DNA from: Phoronis australis
Lineage: Eukaryota > Animalia > Phoronida
Length of the DNA: 64,000 bases
Assembly: GCA_002633005.1 (NCBI GenBank)
Contig: NMRA01000398.1
Span: 355,944-419,943, forward strand
Direction: 5' to 3'
Both the position numbers and the translations under genes were made by a program. A model generated the notes under the pieces. That model made no database searches and was not told the origin of the DNA. It worked only from the letters and a program-made list of their open reading frames with translations. This document shows positions 37,701 to 47,500 of the stretch, one piece after another; position 1 is the first letter of the stretch; each line of letters begins with the position of its first letter.

Positions 37701-40700
37701 TAGACTGTGCCTGTGGTCGCCTCCCGACCAATAGTTATCGTGGCGCCAACTTTATCGGCGTTTTGGTGAAAAGCTGGTGCCGACATACCATCTCGCGTTG
37801 CACGGTACTTCAACTTCACACTTTTGTCTGGTACACGCATGTATTTTTGCAACTGTGTAAGATGTTGAAGTGTCAAGAGTTTAGAGTCTTCTATAAATTC
37901 TGAAAATAGAAAATGGTTGACATGAACTTGTCATAATTTATACAACTACGACGTTGTTAAGAGTATGGTCAGCATCTCAAAAAGGAAACGTCCGACAGTC
38001 AGAATAAAGATGGAGCTTACGACACAATAATACTTATCACACATTCAAAGAAAGCGCCGACCTACACTGTACACAAATACCTCCTTAAATGGGAGACAAC
38101 GAAATTTTTACATGAGCTATACCGGGAAACAAAATCAAAACAAACAAGACACCACTAATAATAACAACATCAAAACACCAAAAGTAGACAATGTGTATTG
38201 TGGTATAAACGCTAATGAAATTGCGACTTCGATTCACAGGCTTACCTATGAGGCCGTACACTTCTACGTCCACCCATTTAACACCCGATCCACAGCCAAG
38301 CGATCCCCCGTTGTAGCTGTGACCCCCACTGTGGCAGTATCCATTGGAGGAAAACTGCTTAAGTGTACTGTCGTAATTTTGAGAGCCGGAGAAGAAAAAC
38401 AAGTCATGGCCGCCACCAAATGTTGGACCATAGCTTGCACCATCATAAACGGCGTAGTTTTGTCCCGTTGATGACTGCGATTGTTTTGCATTGGTGCATT
38501 CTGAGCCACATAGGCGGAATATGAAGGCGTTTTTATCGGCCGTATAACTGTTTAGTCCTTTCCAAACTGTAGCTCTGTATCCGCCGTACACGGTGCCTTT
38601 AGTAGCCTCGCGTCCTATGGTGATGGTAGACCCTTGCTTGTCACACAGGCTGTGAAACTTGGAAGCCGTCATACCGTCACGTGTGGCTCGGTAAAGCAAT
38701 CGAAATTTCTTCTCTGGAACACTCATGTACTGTCGTAGTTGGGATAAATGTCGACTTGTCAATAACTGCGAGTCCTCGATGAACTCTAGAACACATGCAG
38801 AACATGAAACTGTTAGTGTTTTAGATGATCAAAGAAATTTTGCATGGATATTGTGATTTTGATTCCACTTAGGGTTATAACAAATAATTGACATCGACAA
38901 CTCAACTGACACGTTCGATTCAAGTAAAACTGCATATTGGTAAAGTGTACTGTAATGCTTTCTAGCTAATATCGTTTTCATAAAAACAAAAATGTGACGT
39001 TTATCAATGCTCCATAAAAAGAACAACAAACCAGTTTAACCGTATATTAATGTTTGATAATACTTTAAGACATGTTCCGTTGAAGACGACATTCCATTCT
39101 TACGCAAAAAAAAATAATTAAAAGTCTATTTAATTGCCGACCACCAGTCAGATAGTGGATGCCCTACCACGTAAGGATGCTAAGTGTTAAATGTAAAAAG
39201 GCAATGAACTAAGGAATAAAAAAGCTTCCTAAATACTCCGGCCAATTATACCGTATGTTCACCACGTTATTTGACATCATCACACGAATCTTTGTCTTAC
39301 TTCAAAATTCCTGAGCTTCATTTTGACCCTAAGTTTCTGTAACAGCGACGCAATTTCAAAACTTAATTTTGAATTAGATGTCTAGCAACTGGTGCATGAG
39401 CTGCAAGGACTAGAGAGAACATGTTTTTTTATTTATTTCCAGTTAGCATGCGATGTTATTCGTACCCAAAGAGGCCACGCACATTATTCCATGAACAAAA
39501 TCTAAAGTTCAAATATACCGTATATTTGAAAAGTAGTTGAATTAACTAATTGCAGATTACAACGACTAGTTATACGATCAATGTAATGAATGCTATGGTG
39601 GGTTTGTCTGTTGATGATATATGAGTAAGGACCGGCAAATCATCTTGGTGTACCATCAGTGACAACTTATTTTGGCCTGAAATGAGTCTTTTCCGTTGAA
39701 CGTAATTGTCAACCTTCGTAAAGCCAATGTTTCCTCAAATAACTCGTTGAAGTTAAGTAGGAGCTTATCCACCAGTACATGTATGTACCAATAGTATAGA
39801 CAACAAGTCAGTAAAATTATATTTTTAGAATGTGGAAAGCCTGCATAATTTGATTTTTGACTGACCAGCAATCGGGTATTGATTAGGTCATGTTACTGTC
39901 TTTTTATTTGTAAAATTTACAAAATAAATGTTCATTCAAATAACAGTACCGAAAACACAGCCAAATTTGTTTGCAAAATTGGTTGATACACGACACCTAT
40001 CGTTATTAACAATCTTTATTTCGTTTTGCTAGTATCCTAGGCAAAAAGTTCGACACTCAACAGGACATTGGTAAAGCAACAAACCAAGAGACGTGATTAA
40101 AAGACACGCGATATTTTGAAACATACTTGTCTAATTCTCAATCATTGGAAATAAAATGACTCAGTAATACCGCCACAGAGCAATAGCTGGAGCCATACAC
40201 AGTGGGACACGGCAGCTGTGAAATGCTGCAAAGAATGACAAATGAAGGGGGAGAACAGGAAAATCACTCAAACAAGTGTAACGTGCAGCACGACCCTGAT
40301 TATTCAAAACAGGCTTCTCAAATGCAATCAAAAAGTACTCCAATACTTTCAATCGCAGCATATCGTGCTCTACGTACCAAATTGACATGTTTTCCGCAAC
40401 TTCTTGACGGGTGATTTTACATTCGTGACATTGCACAAAATGTTCTTGGATTTTGAAGATGCATAGATAACCGAAGGGAAAGACAGCGAACAGTTTGACC
40501 AATGTAACATTGCTTAACATTTTAACATACAGTGGCAGCTCTACGTTTTCAGTAAGGGGGGTTTAGGATTCGAGCTAATCCGAGGCGCGTAGCGCCGAGC
40601 GCAAGGAAGATCGGAAGGAGGTTTCCCCCTCCCTTGTAAGATTTTTTGTGATTTTTAGAAGCTGATTTCGTTTTTCTTGCGAATTTTTTTCAATTTTTAT

Positions 40701-43627
40701 TTTAGATCCTGTCCCGAAGGGTGGTTTGAACCCCCTGAACCCCCGTAGATCAGCCTCAGAATACAAACTCATAAACAACACTGCACTGGGCAACGGGACA
40801 GACAATGGCTTTAGAAATGTTATTTTTCCATGACCAAGTTGGAGGTCTTCCTATTCCGAATTTCACTTGTTGTAAATATTCAAGGTTAAATGTCAAAAAA
40901 CCTGTTACAACTGTTCATGCATGTAAAGCATAGTACATGAACGTTTGGTGTAATTTCAATCAAGCATTTCTGGGATATGATGTTCCGAAGTTAGTCAAAG
41001 TCAGGAGTAGGTTGACAGTAGTTTTGGTTCTATAGATTTTATTTTAATGTTCCATTTGTTTACGAGCAGATAGCACTTGATGATGTAAATTGTTTACAAT
41101 TGAATATTAAAGAACATTCTAGGACAAAGACCCATGGGGTCAAGATAGTGATGACGCATGTCGTAATTTGTTTGTAGTTGAAAACTAGAGGTCATTCTAG
41201 AAGAAAGTTACGTCATACAAGTGATTAGTAAATAGAAAAATGATCTGAAACATTATGTTTATATTTACAGAAATACGCAACGTTCTAGAGTGTTTTTGTC
41301 TAGAAAACTTCCAGACAGAACGTGTTTACCAGTGAAAGGTTTCAGAACATTTTAAGAAGCTACAAACATTAGGGCATTTGTGTTAGAGTTAGATTTAAAT
41401 TGCGTTGCAGTAACAGATTCAGTAGTTATTGCGTTAGTCAATAGAGAGCCAGCTAAAGAGACAGTAGGTTATTGAATCAGCGAGTTTAACAGTTGCTGGA
41501 AGTGTCTCAGAAGTTCATCACAAGTCAAGGCTTCGCAGCACTGGCTGGAGCATAGAACACTCATTACGTTGGACGTTTTGAGTTTTAATATGAACATACG
41601 ATCGAGATTAATAAAATGATTAACTTGAGCCAGTCTTCAGGCTATCATCACACTGAAAGCTGTCAGCACTGGTCGGTTACCACCTGCGCCCATTCACCGA
41701 TCAGGTTCTTTGCAACCCTTCAATTAAACGTGCTTTTGAATCCTTGACGCACAATTGCGTATTATAGCCTTTCAGATATTTCTTAGAAAATAACACTTAA
41801 TTAGCACAGTCGCCATTAAAAAGTGAGCCTCTTTTCAGGTTTTAAAAACAATATATTCTGCGCATAATCACAGTCCAAAGCGTGATTTTTCGCATGCCTT
41901 GTTATATTTATGGCTCTGATTCATTGTTTTTTAAACCCAAAGAGAGGCTCACTACTAAAATGGCGACTGTGTGAATAAGGTCTGTACGTAAATTTGTAAG
42001 CGGTCAACAATTGCGACGTCGTATTTAAAGAGTGTAATCTCACTATCAAAGTGCAAGGATTTGGTTCTGAGGATTTTTCTTTTACTCTCAATCAAATGAG
42101 ATAAAGCACTGATGCATTATTATTGTTCACTTTTGATGACAGGTATTCTCGTTAAGTTGTTCGATGAAAAGTAAACGAAAACGAAGAAACGGTTACCTAG
42201 TAAAGACCGTAAACTGAGAATCCGAAATTCATCCTAATCAACAAATGGACTAAAGAAAGTTTAATGTTCTTAATGGTAAAAGCGGTCACGCCCCAACTGT
42301 CTGTAAATGGCCACGAAATACCTCGTATAATTCCTCCTTTGACAACTCGTACATTTTAAATATAAAAATGGCTTCAAAGTAATGCTATGAGTCGCCATGT
42401 GAAATATAGATACATTTATCAGTGTACAGAACATTTAAATTTGGATATTTGAAAAAAAATTCCACGACTGTTGACAATTGCATTCCTGTCGGTATTTTCA
42501 TTAGAGGCTAACCAAGAAAGCAACAGCATTTTTTCAAAAAGTTTCACTGAATTGTTAAAGAGGCCTGGAACGCGGTAAGCAGACTAAATTGCAATATGGA
42601 AAGTGGTTCTCTCCCACTGAAGCAAAATTGAACCTGCTGACCTGGTAGTTTTATTCTATAATTTGACGTGGTAATTACAACAAAATCTGGAACTTGAGAA
42701 TTTTAAACAGATTACTTCCAAATACTTTTAAGCTTTAACGTTGCAATATTGTTGTCAACAGTTGACGCTTTTTTACTTTAACATGGTTTACGACCTGTGT
42801 TTCAGCCGGAAACCAGGTTATTTTTGCGCTTGTTTCCTGGATTATACAGTACTTACTAAGCCAGAGTTTGCCAATTAGAGCCTACTGAAGTTCAATTTAA
42901 ACCAATTTGGTTTGTGATACAATCATGAACTTTGATCCCGGTTCCAAAGTTTCCAAAGCCTCGTGCCCTTGCATTCCCTAACAATAATCGCGGAAAACCG
43001 TGTCCACAGAAGAGTCGTAGTGGTAAGACAGCTTGTTTTTCTCGAATGGACGCGTTGTTTAAAAATTTAAAAATTTTATGAAAACTCAAAAATCGTTCCC
43101 ACTCTAACTCCGAACAGTACAAAACCCATAAAATTGTACAAAACAAGAATTAAACAACTAGAATGTCATTTCCGCTTCATTTTTTTCAATATAAAATTAC
43201 GTAAACGAGTTTCAAGAATATTATAGAATCTCAACGACTTGAAATTCCTTTAAAGTATACAAAAATTTAAGTTTCAACAATAATCAGCAGAATGCGTTTT
43301 TCTGCCGTTAAACTCATAATGTCCTTTTAAACACCAAATCATTATCAGTTAAAGGCAGGAAAACGCATTGTTTTGTGTCACAACTTACATAATTTTGTTT
43401 TTGGAGGACTTTCATGGAAACAAAGAAACTATTTTAAAATGAATTGTAGTTCCGCTTGTTTCATATAGCAGCTTACACCAGGGTTTATTTTTGTGATACA
43501 CCAACTCAGGTCAGTACATTCAAATTCTCAAAATTCAACTAGCAGAGAAATATTATATCAACCTACCTTCGGCGTTTGAGAATCTCGCGAGAAGACACGC
43601 GATGAAGCACCAGTGTGGGAGATTCAT
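25612..43627 (-). CDS. 13-exon gene for a type I membrane/secreted protein: signal peptide, 4x TLDc, TSP1, ZP module, furin site, TM (1126 aa)
   Basis: Exons 43627-43567, 38785-38246, 37899-37360, 36028-35492, 34035-33499, 33181-33014, 31551-31364, 30907-30765, 27874-27732, 27411-27336, 27117-26958, 26826-26724, 25796-25612. All introns are GT-AG, the phases chain without a break, and the total of 3381 nt ends in TAA. Confidence 0.85.
26724..26826 (-). CDS. Exon 12: furin site and external hydrophobic patch
   Basis: TNGNTCSTVGRKRRSADGESVRQVLEMELKVSNE; phase 0-1. Confidence 0.88.
26958..27117 (-). CDS. Exon 11: ZP-C
   Basis: CKSNTITQVGPSFPTTDPLSKAMCVDMTTFRFYGQTSTIYEVTVEFSRETKNQ (ZP-C GC...FxF pattern); phase 2-0. 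Confidence 0.88.
27336..27411 (-). CDS. Exon 10: ZP-C
   Basis: PYKGALIVDVITIDTSGKKFYIIKEG; ttttag| acceptor and |gtaagt donor; phase 1-2; conserved in the paralogue. Confidence 0.85.
27732..27874 (-). CDS. Exon 9: linker and ZP-C start
   Basis: KWKDLNAEKAAPPSSSLHAYIGGQPISLATLGVRFQLCAEPKFSDDN; differences from the paralogue exon at 61379-61521 are mostly synonymous. Confidence 0.88.
28190..29400 (-). mobile_element. Degenerate Penelope-like retroelement (RT C-terminus and GIY-YIG endonuclease)
   Basis: Minus-strand fragments EEGCMFFDTLVLRKAG, SSHHQLHQNVG, YQVDCASCEAYY..GETGHQLKARNDEH and EAVYIRRH. Confidence 0.7.
30765..30907 (-). CDS. Exon 8: ZP-N domain, second half
   Basis: PNGEVSFQVRLQLLPGFDSPEDGYVNISCNTKGDPISRNLSAELRVF (fourth Cys); ctacag| acceptor and |gtaagt donor; phase 0-2. 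Confidence 0.8.
31364..31551 (-). CDS. Exon 7: ZP-N domain, first half
   Basis: EYICGNNGVRVTF...AFIKGFPGDSSC...FVLDIRNLPKCNI (three Cys); tttag| acceptor and |gtaagt donor; phase 1-0. Confidence 0.85.
33014..33181 (-). CDS. Exon 6: thrombospondin type-1 repeat
   Basis: [25 protein letters not shown]...C...C...C; ggcag| acceptor and |gtacct donor; phase 1-1. Confidence 0.93.
33499..34035 (-). CDS. Exon 5: TLDc domain 4
   Basis: LLYRATGDGM...FHQLCDNKGPTITI...YGPTFGGGHDL...DIEVY; 537 nt, phase 1-1. Confidence 0.92.
35492..36028 (-). CDS. Exon 4: TLDc domain 3
   Basis: LLYRATIDGM...FHSLCDKQGPTLTV...GPEFGGGHDL...DIEVY; 537 nt, phase 1-1. Confidence 0.92.
36129..36300 (+). mobile_element. tRNA-derived SINE head, degenerate
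   Basis: A-box-like TGGACTAGTGAGG and B-box GTTCGAGTCC; no intact cloverleaf. Confidence 0.5.
37360..37899 (-). CDS. Exon 3: TLDc domain 2
   Basis: YRATRDGM...FHQNADKVGATITI...YGGFTS...AFLFRL...GATFGGGHDL; 540 nt, phase 1-1. Confidence 0.92.
38246..38785 (-). CDS. Exon 2: TLDc domain 1
   Basis: LLYRATRDGM...FHSLCDKQGSTITI...YGGY...AFIFRL...YGPTFGGGHDL...DVEVY; ttctag| acceptor and |gtaagc donor; 540 nt, phase 1-1. Confidence 0.92.
40530..40760. mobile_element. Small non-autonomous DNA element (hAT-like MITE); related remnants at 44806-44872 and 56336-56485
   Basis: cagtggcagctctacg...gggggg start and cccccgtagatcagcct end; GC-rich gaggcgcgtagcgccgagc core. Confidence 0.55.
40978..41650 (+). 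mobile_element. Solo-LTR-like element in intron 1
   Basis: TGATG...CATCA termini, AATAAA at 41610-41615 and repeated TTCTAGAA-type motifs; no clear TSD. Confidence 0.45.
41795..41982. mobile_element. Palindromic MITE
   Basis: cacagtcgccattaaaaagtgagcctctttt...aaaaacaat is mirrored by attgtttttt...agagaggctcactactaaaatggcgactgtg. Confidence 0.75.
43567..43627 (-). CDS. Exon 1: signal peptide MNLPHWCFIACLLARFSNAE
   Basis: ATG, hydrophobic core and S-N-A cleavage-like end; donor GAAG|gtaggt is phase 1, matching the first TLDc exon; TATA/Inr immediately upstream. Confidence 0.78.
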
Positions 43628-43663
43628 CACGATAGTGATCGCCTCAAATGTCTTTCCAAAACC

Positions 43664-43785
43664 ACTGAGAAATTTACGATTCCTTCGTTATTTATAACAA
43701 GACGTGTGAAAAGAGCCGCTCCCGTTCAGGAAAATTATAAAAAATGTCGTGCAAGTGTTTTTTTCGCCCACGTGTGATGACGTCA
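43664..43785 (-). promoter_or_regulatory. Core promoter of the TLDc-TSP1-ZP gene: TATA box and Inr, with upstream E-box and CRE
   Basis: Minus-strand TATAAA at 43696-43691 lies 30 nt before the A of an Inr TCAGT (43668-43664); CACGTG at 43769-43774 and TGACGTCA at 43778-43785. Confidence 0.6.
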
Positions 43786-44454
43786 ATGCGTAAATGGGTA
43801 CATGTATAGAAAATGGGTGCCGGGGTAGAGTGAATAGAAATTCACACTGGCAATAAAATTTGAATTTCAAATGCGCAAGAAAAGGAGTGCTATTCGATTG
43901 TGAGGCGAATCAATGTTTTCGCGTCCTGTCGATCAAACAATTTCTTAATAATAACAGCGGAAAGCGAGGATAGGGTTTAAGTTTCATGAGCATTCATACA
44001 CGTTTGTGCCTTCAATTTAATTAATGCTTTAAAAACTAATACAAATTTTCATTGGTGTTGATTTCATAAAAAAGTTTCTTATCGTACAATTTTGTATATT
44101 TAGGTACACGTACATACAGTGGTGTTTTTTTCTGAAATTAAGCGTTTTTTTCCCAAAGAACTTCAATTCGTTTCGTCAAGTATTTTGAATACAGACCAGT
44201 GAATCGAAATTTTGCTTATATGTGCAGGTGGGTGTCAAAGCACTGATACACGGCTTTACATTGTTGTGGATTCGGGTAGACGCAATGATCTCGCCAAAAG
44301 TACATGTACACAATTTAGATCTTGCAAAACATTTTTTCAGCAAGTAAACCGGGATTTATATTTTCCTTGGATACAACTTTTATTTTGATTGCTTATGTTG
44401 ACACTCACACTTGCAAAAAGTTAAAAACACTGTTTTAGTGGTTAGATCATTGTA

Positions 44455-44591
44455 GAGTTCAGTAAGGACCAGCGCCAGGACCTCGCTAAAATCTAGCCAA
44501 TATCACGTATTCTCCTTTAAGATACGCGGCAATATATCACGTAAGCTTGCGAAGTTTTGCTTTTTAGCGAGGTCCTAGCGGTACTGAACTC
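44455..44591. mobile_element. Short MITE
   Basis: GAGTTCAGTA...ggacctcgctaaaa and ttttagcgaggtcc...TACTGAACTC inverted ends. Confidence 0.75.
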
Positions 44592-47500
44592 TAAATAGCT
44601 TGTGCAACTACTCGTTAAACCACCACCAAGAAGGTTATGACCGTGCTTAAGTTACTGCAACAAGTGTTATATCGCTTCAACCACTTTTCTATGCTACAGC
44701 CGCATTGATATGAACAGGACATTAGTTTAGTAGTGCATGCCCTAGATTATACAGTGCACCTCAAATAAAATTACGTCCTTTGAGACTCACCCTGGGGAGC
44801 CACTCATGGGCGGCGCATCATAAGGGGCTGGGGTCTATAGCCCCCCCCCCCGATTTCAGTGCTACGCCACCCACGGTCAACAAGAAATACAAGTACAGTC
44901 CAGTTCAGGGGAAAATTGGTTTTAATGTTTTCATATTCGTAAAGGGTGAACAAAACTAGTATATTATTAATTGAAATACAATTTAGGCTTGAATTTTAAG
45001 TGTACAATTCACACCTAGCCCGCATTCAGTCTTACAGGTCTTTGGTTTTCTAAACGCGAGAAAGTTGCCAAGCAAACTTTTAAAAATGGCTATTGCAAAG
45101 AGGCTTGGACAGACCTGTGGACCAAATCATAGCCACTATACGAACAGCGCAGGTTTCTGTTGCGAAGACTTGGTGCGAAAAGGGGTTAACTTACGCTGTG
45201 ATCTGAAGCCTGATTTGTTACACTTCTGATGGGGACTTCCGACTCGGTCAGCAATTAAACACAGTTTTTCCTTAACCTAAGTGATGAACAACTCGATTTA
45301 TTTGATTTGAAACAACACACGCCAATGTCATCAATTGGTAGGGGTTACGAATACCGTGCATTTGCGATCATATCGTTACCACGCTCCTGGTATCGCACGG
45401 AGACGACATGGGTTGTCAGACTGGCTGGTCCATTCCTAAATAAAACATTAGAAGTTTTGGTGTTCCTCAACATAGTGGCAGTTTGAGCACCAGCAAAATG
45501 TGTATCCGTAAACTTTTGTTATATTTTTTGTAACATTAGCTCTGCACTCAATCTCTCTACCGTAGTCTGTAGTACCAAAACGAATTCTGTTTCGGCCACT
45601 GCAAATTAACTTCTCCGAAAATGTCGTTTGTTCAAATTATTCTCGCGTTGAAGTAAAATTAGTTACTGAACGATTTAGTAAGTTTCAATGTGAGATCCGG
45701 CAGAAGCAGTGCTTCTTAATTATTCAGTTTACATACTTTCTTTTATATATTTGCATTGTAAACCCCTTGTAATACTGGCTCCTTCCTGTATAGTGAATTG
45801 ACAAAATATTAGTTCGCTGCGTATACTTATCATTATAAGCATTGGGCCCTCCTGTAGACACAATTTGTCATTCACACACAAATGCTCACGATTGATATTC
45901 TTAACGATATTCGTTCGAGCTCTCTGCATCTTTGACAGTTGTTCGCAGCACAACAAGAAAGCTGACGGCTAACTAGAAACATAACGAAAGCAATATGTCG
46001 AGACGTCACAGAAACAAACAACTCTTAACGAATGGCGTTGAAAATTTTTAAACGTAAAATTAATATCGTTGTGTGTTCAACAAATTTTGTGTTGGTGCAC
46101 TCATGATCTAAACGCTCTTCCTAATTGTACTCTTGGCTATACTTCGAATGTTCATGTCTATTTACAACAAACCTCGTAAACATGGCCTCAACTTGGAAAG
46201 AACTGCAGCAGTTCATTATCTTGTCCATGACCTTATTCAGGCTCGAGGCGTAAAATGAGCTGCCGTGAGATTAATTAGAAGTTTTTACCAAGTCCCAAAC
46301 ACTAACAAGCTGTCAGTTGGGTCAAAGCCTGCAATCATTTCTATACTCATTAACGGGTAAAATCGAGAGGTGAAATCATTTTTTCAACGTACAGCGATTG
46401 TAACAGCTTTAATTATTGCACATGAGGTCAAGTAAAAATTATACCACCTCTTATATCTCAAATCAATTAATATTTTCTGTTCCCATTGACCCATTACAAA
46501 AACGTCTTAAAAGGGCGCGAGCAATTATCTGCATTTTTGATTAACGCAAGATTTTGAAGACATCTAAAATTTGGGCAAAGCACGATATTATTAACCTAAT
46601 TATGGAATACGACGAGTGGAGAAGGTTGACATTTACGACGGAAGCTTTCATTTTACTTTGAACATTGATAAGCTTGATCGGCCTGAGTGTTTTTTTTTTA
46701 ATTTAACAGAGCAAAATGTGCGTCTGTTATTGCATGAGGCAAATCCGCTACATTTATGCCGCGACCGAGTGTTCGTTGAAAAGTGAAACGGGCGGGAAAG
46801 GAGTGAGGAAGCACCCGTTGAGATAATCAAATTTGAATGTAGTTAAAGTACATTTAATTATAGATTTAATTCCTTTCAAAGAGAGGAGAATGTTGCTCAT
46901 AATCAAAGCCCATACATCCTCTTTATCAAATTTCACCTTTACGATTGCATTCGAGCGACCATGCGCATTATCATAGTCGTGACCAAGAGCACTTTATTCA
47001 CATTTGTGTCAAGCAGGAGCTTGCACATAAACAAAAACTACCTCTCCTGGGGGTCGAATAACAAGCTGAACACGAAATTAATTAGCGAAATTGCTTTGCT
47101 AGATATTTTGTCACGCTCTGAAACCTCATTGGCGACCTATACATGACCATTGTAGCGCATCGACAGATCTATTTTTTGGTTGTTCGTGGATACAAAATTT
47201 TCACTAGTTTCTAAATGAATCCCAGTAATCTACATGTACTTGCATGCGTCATTTAAAATTTACGTTTGTTTGGATCGTTACTACTCTTTATTTCCATCCC
47301 ACTTGCGGTGCTTTAACAGTACATGTATGATTATCAAAAGAATTAGGCCAACATGTCAGTACGACACACACAATATCGCCCGGTTGATCCGCCGAATTCA
47401 ACAGTGTGTCAACATCGACACGTATTGGTGCCGGGGAGACAGTACGTGTATGTGTCGAGCAGATACTACAATATCTCACTTAATCTCCCGGCGTCTTACT

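Noticed and set aside
45195-45276. Exon-like minus-strand segment VKEKLCLIADRVGSPHQKCNKSGFRSQ between ag and gtaagt
   Set aside because: It lies upstream of the TATA/Inr and signal-peptide exon, with no partner exons or recognisable domain.
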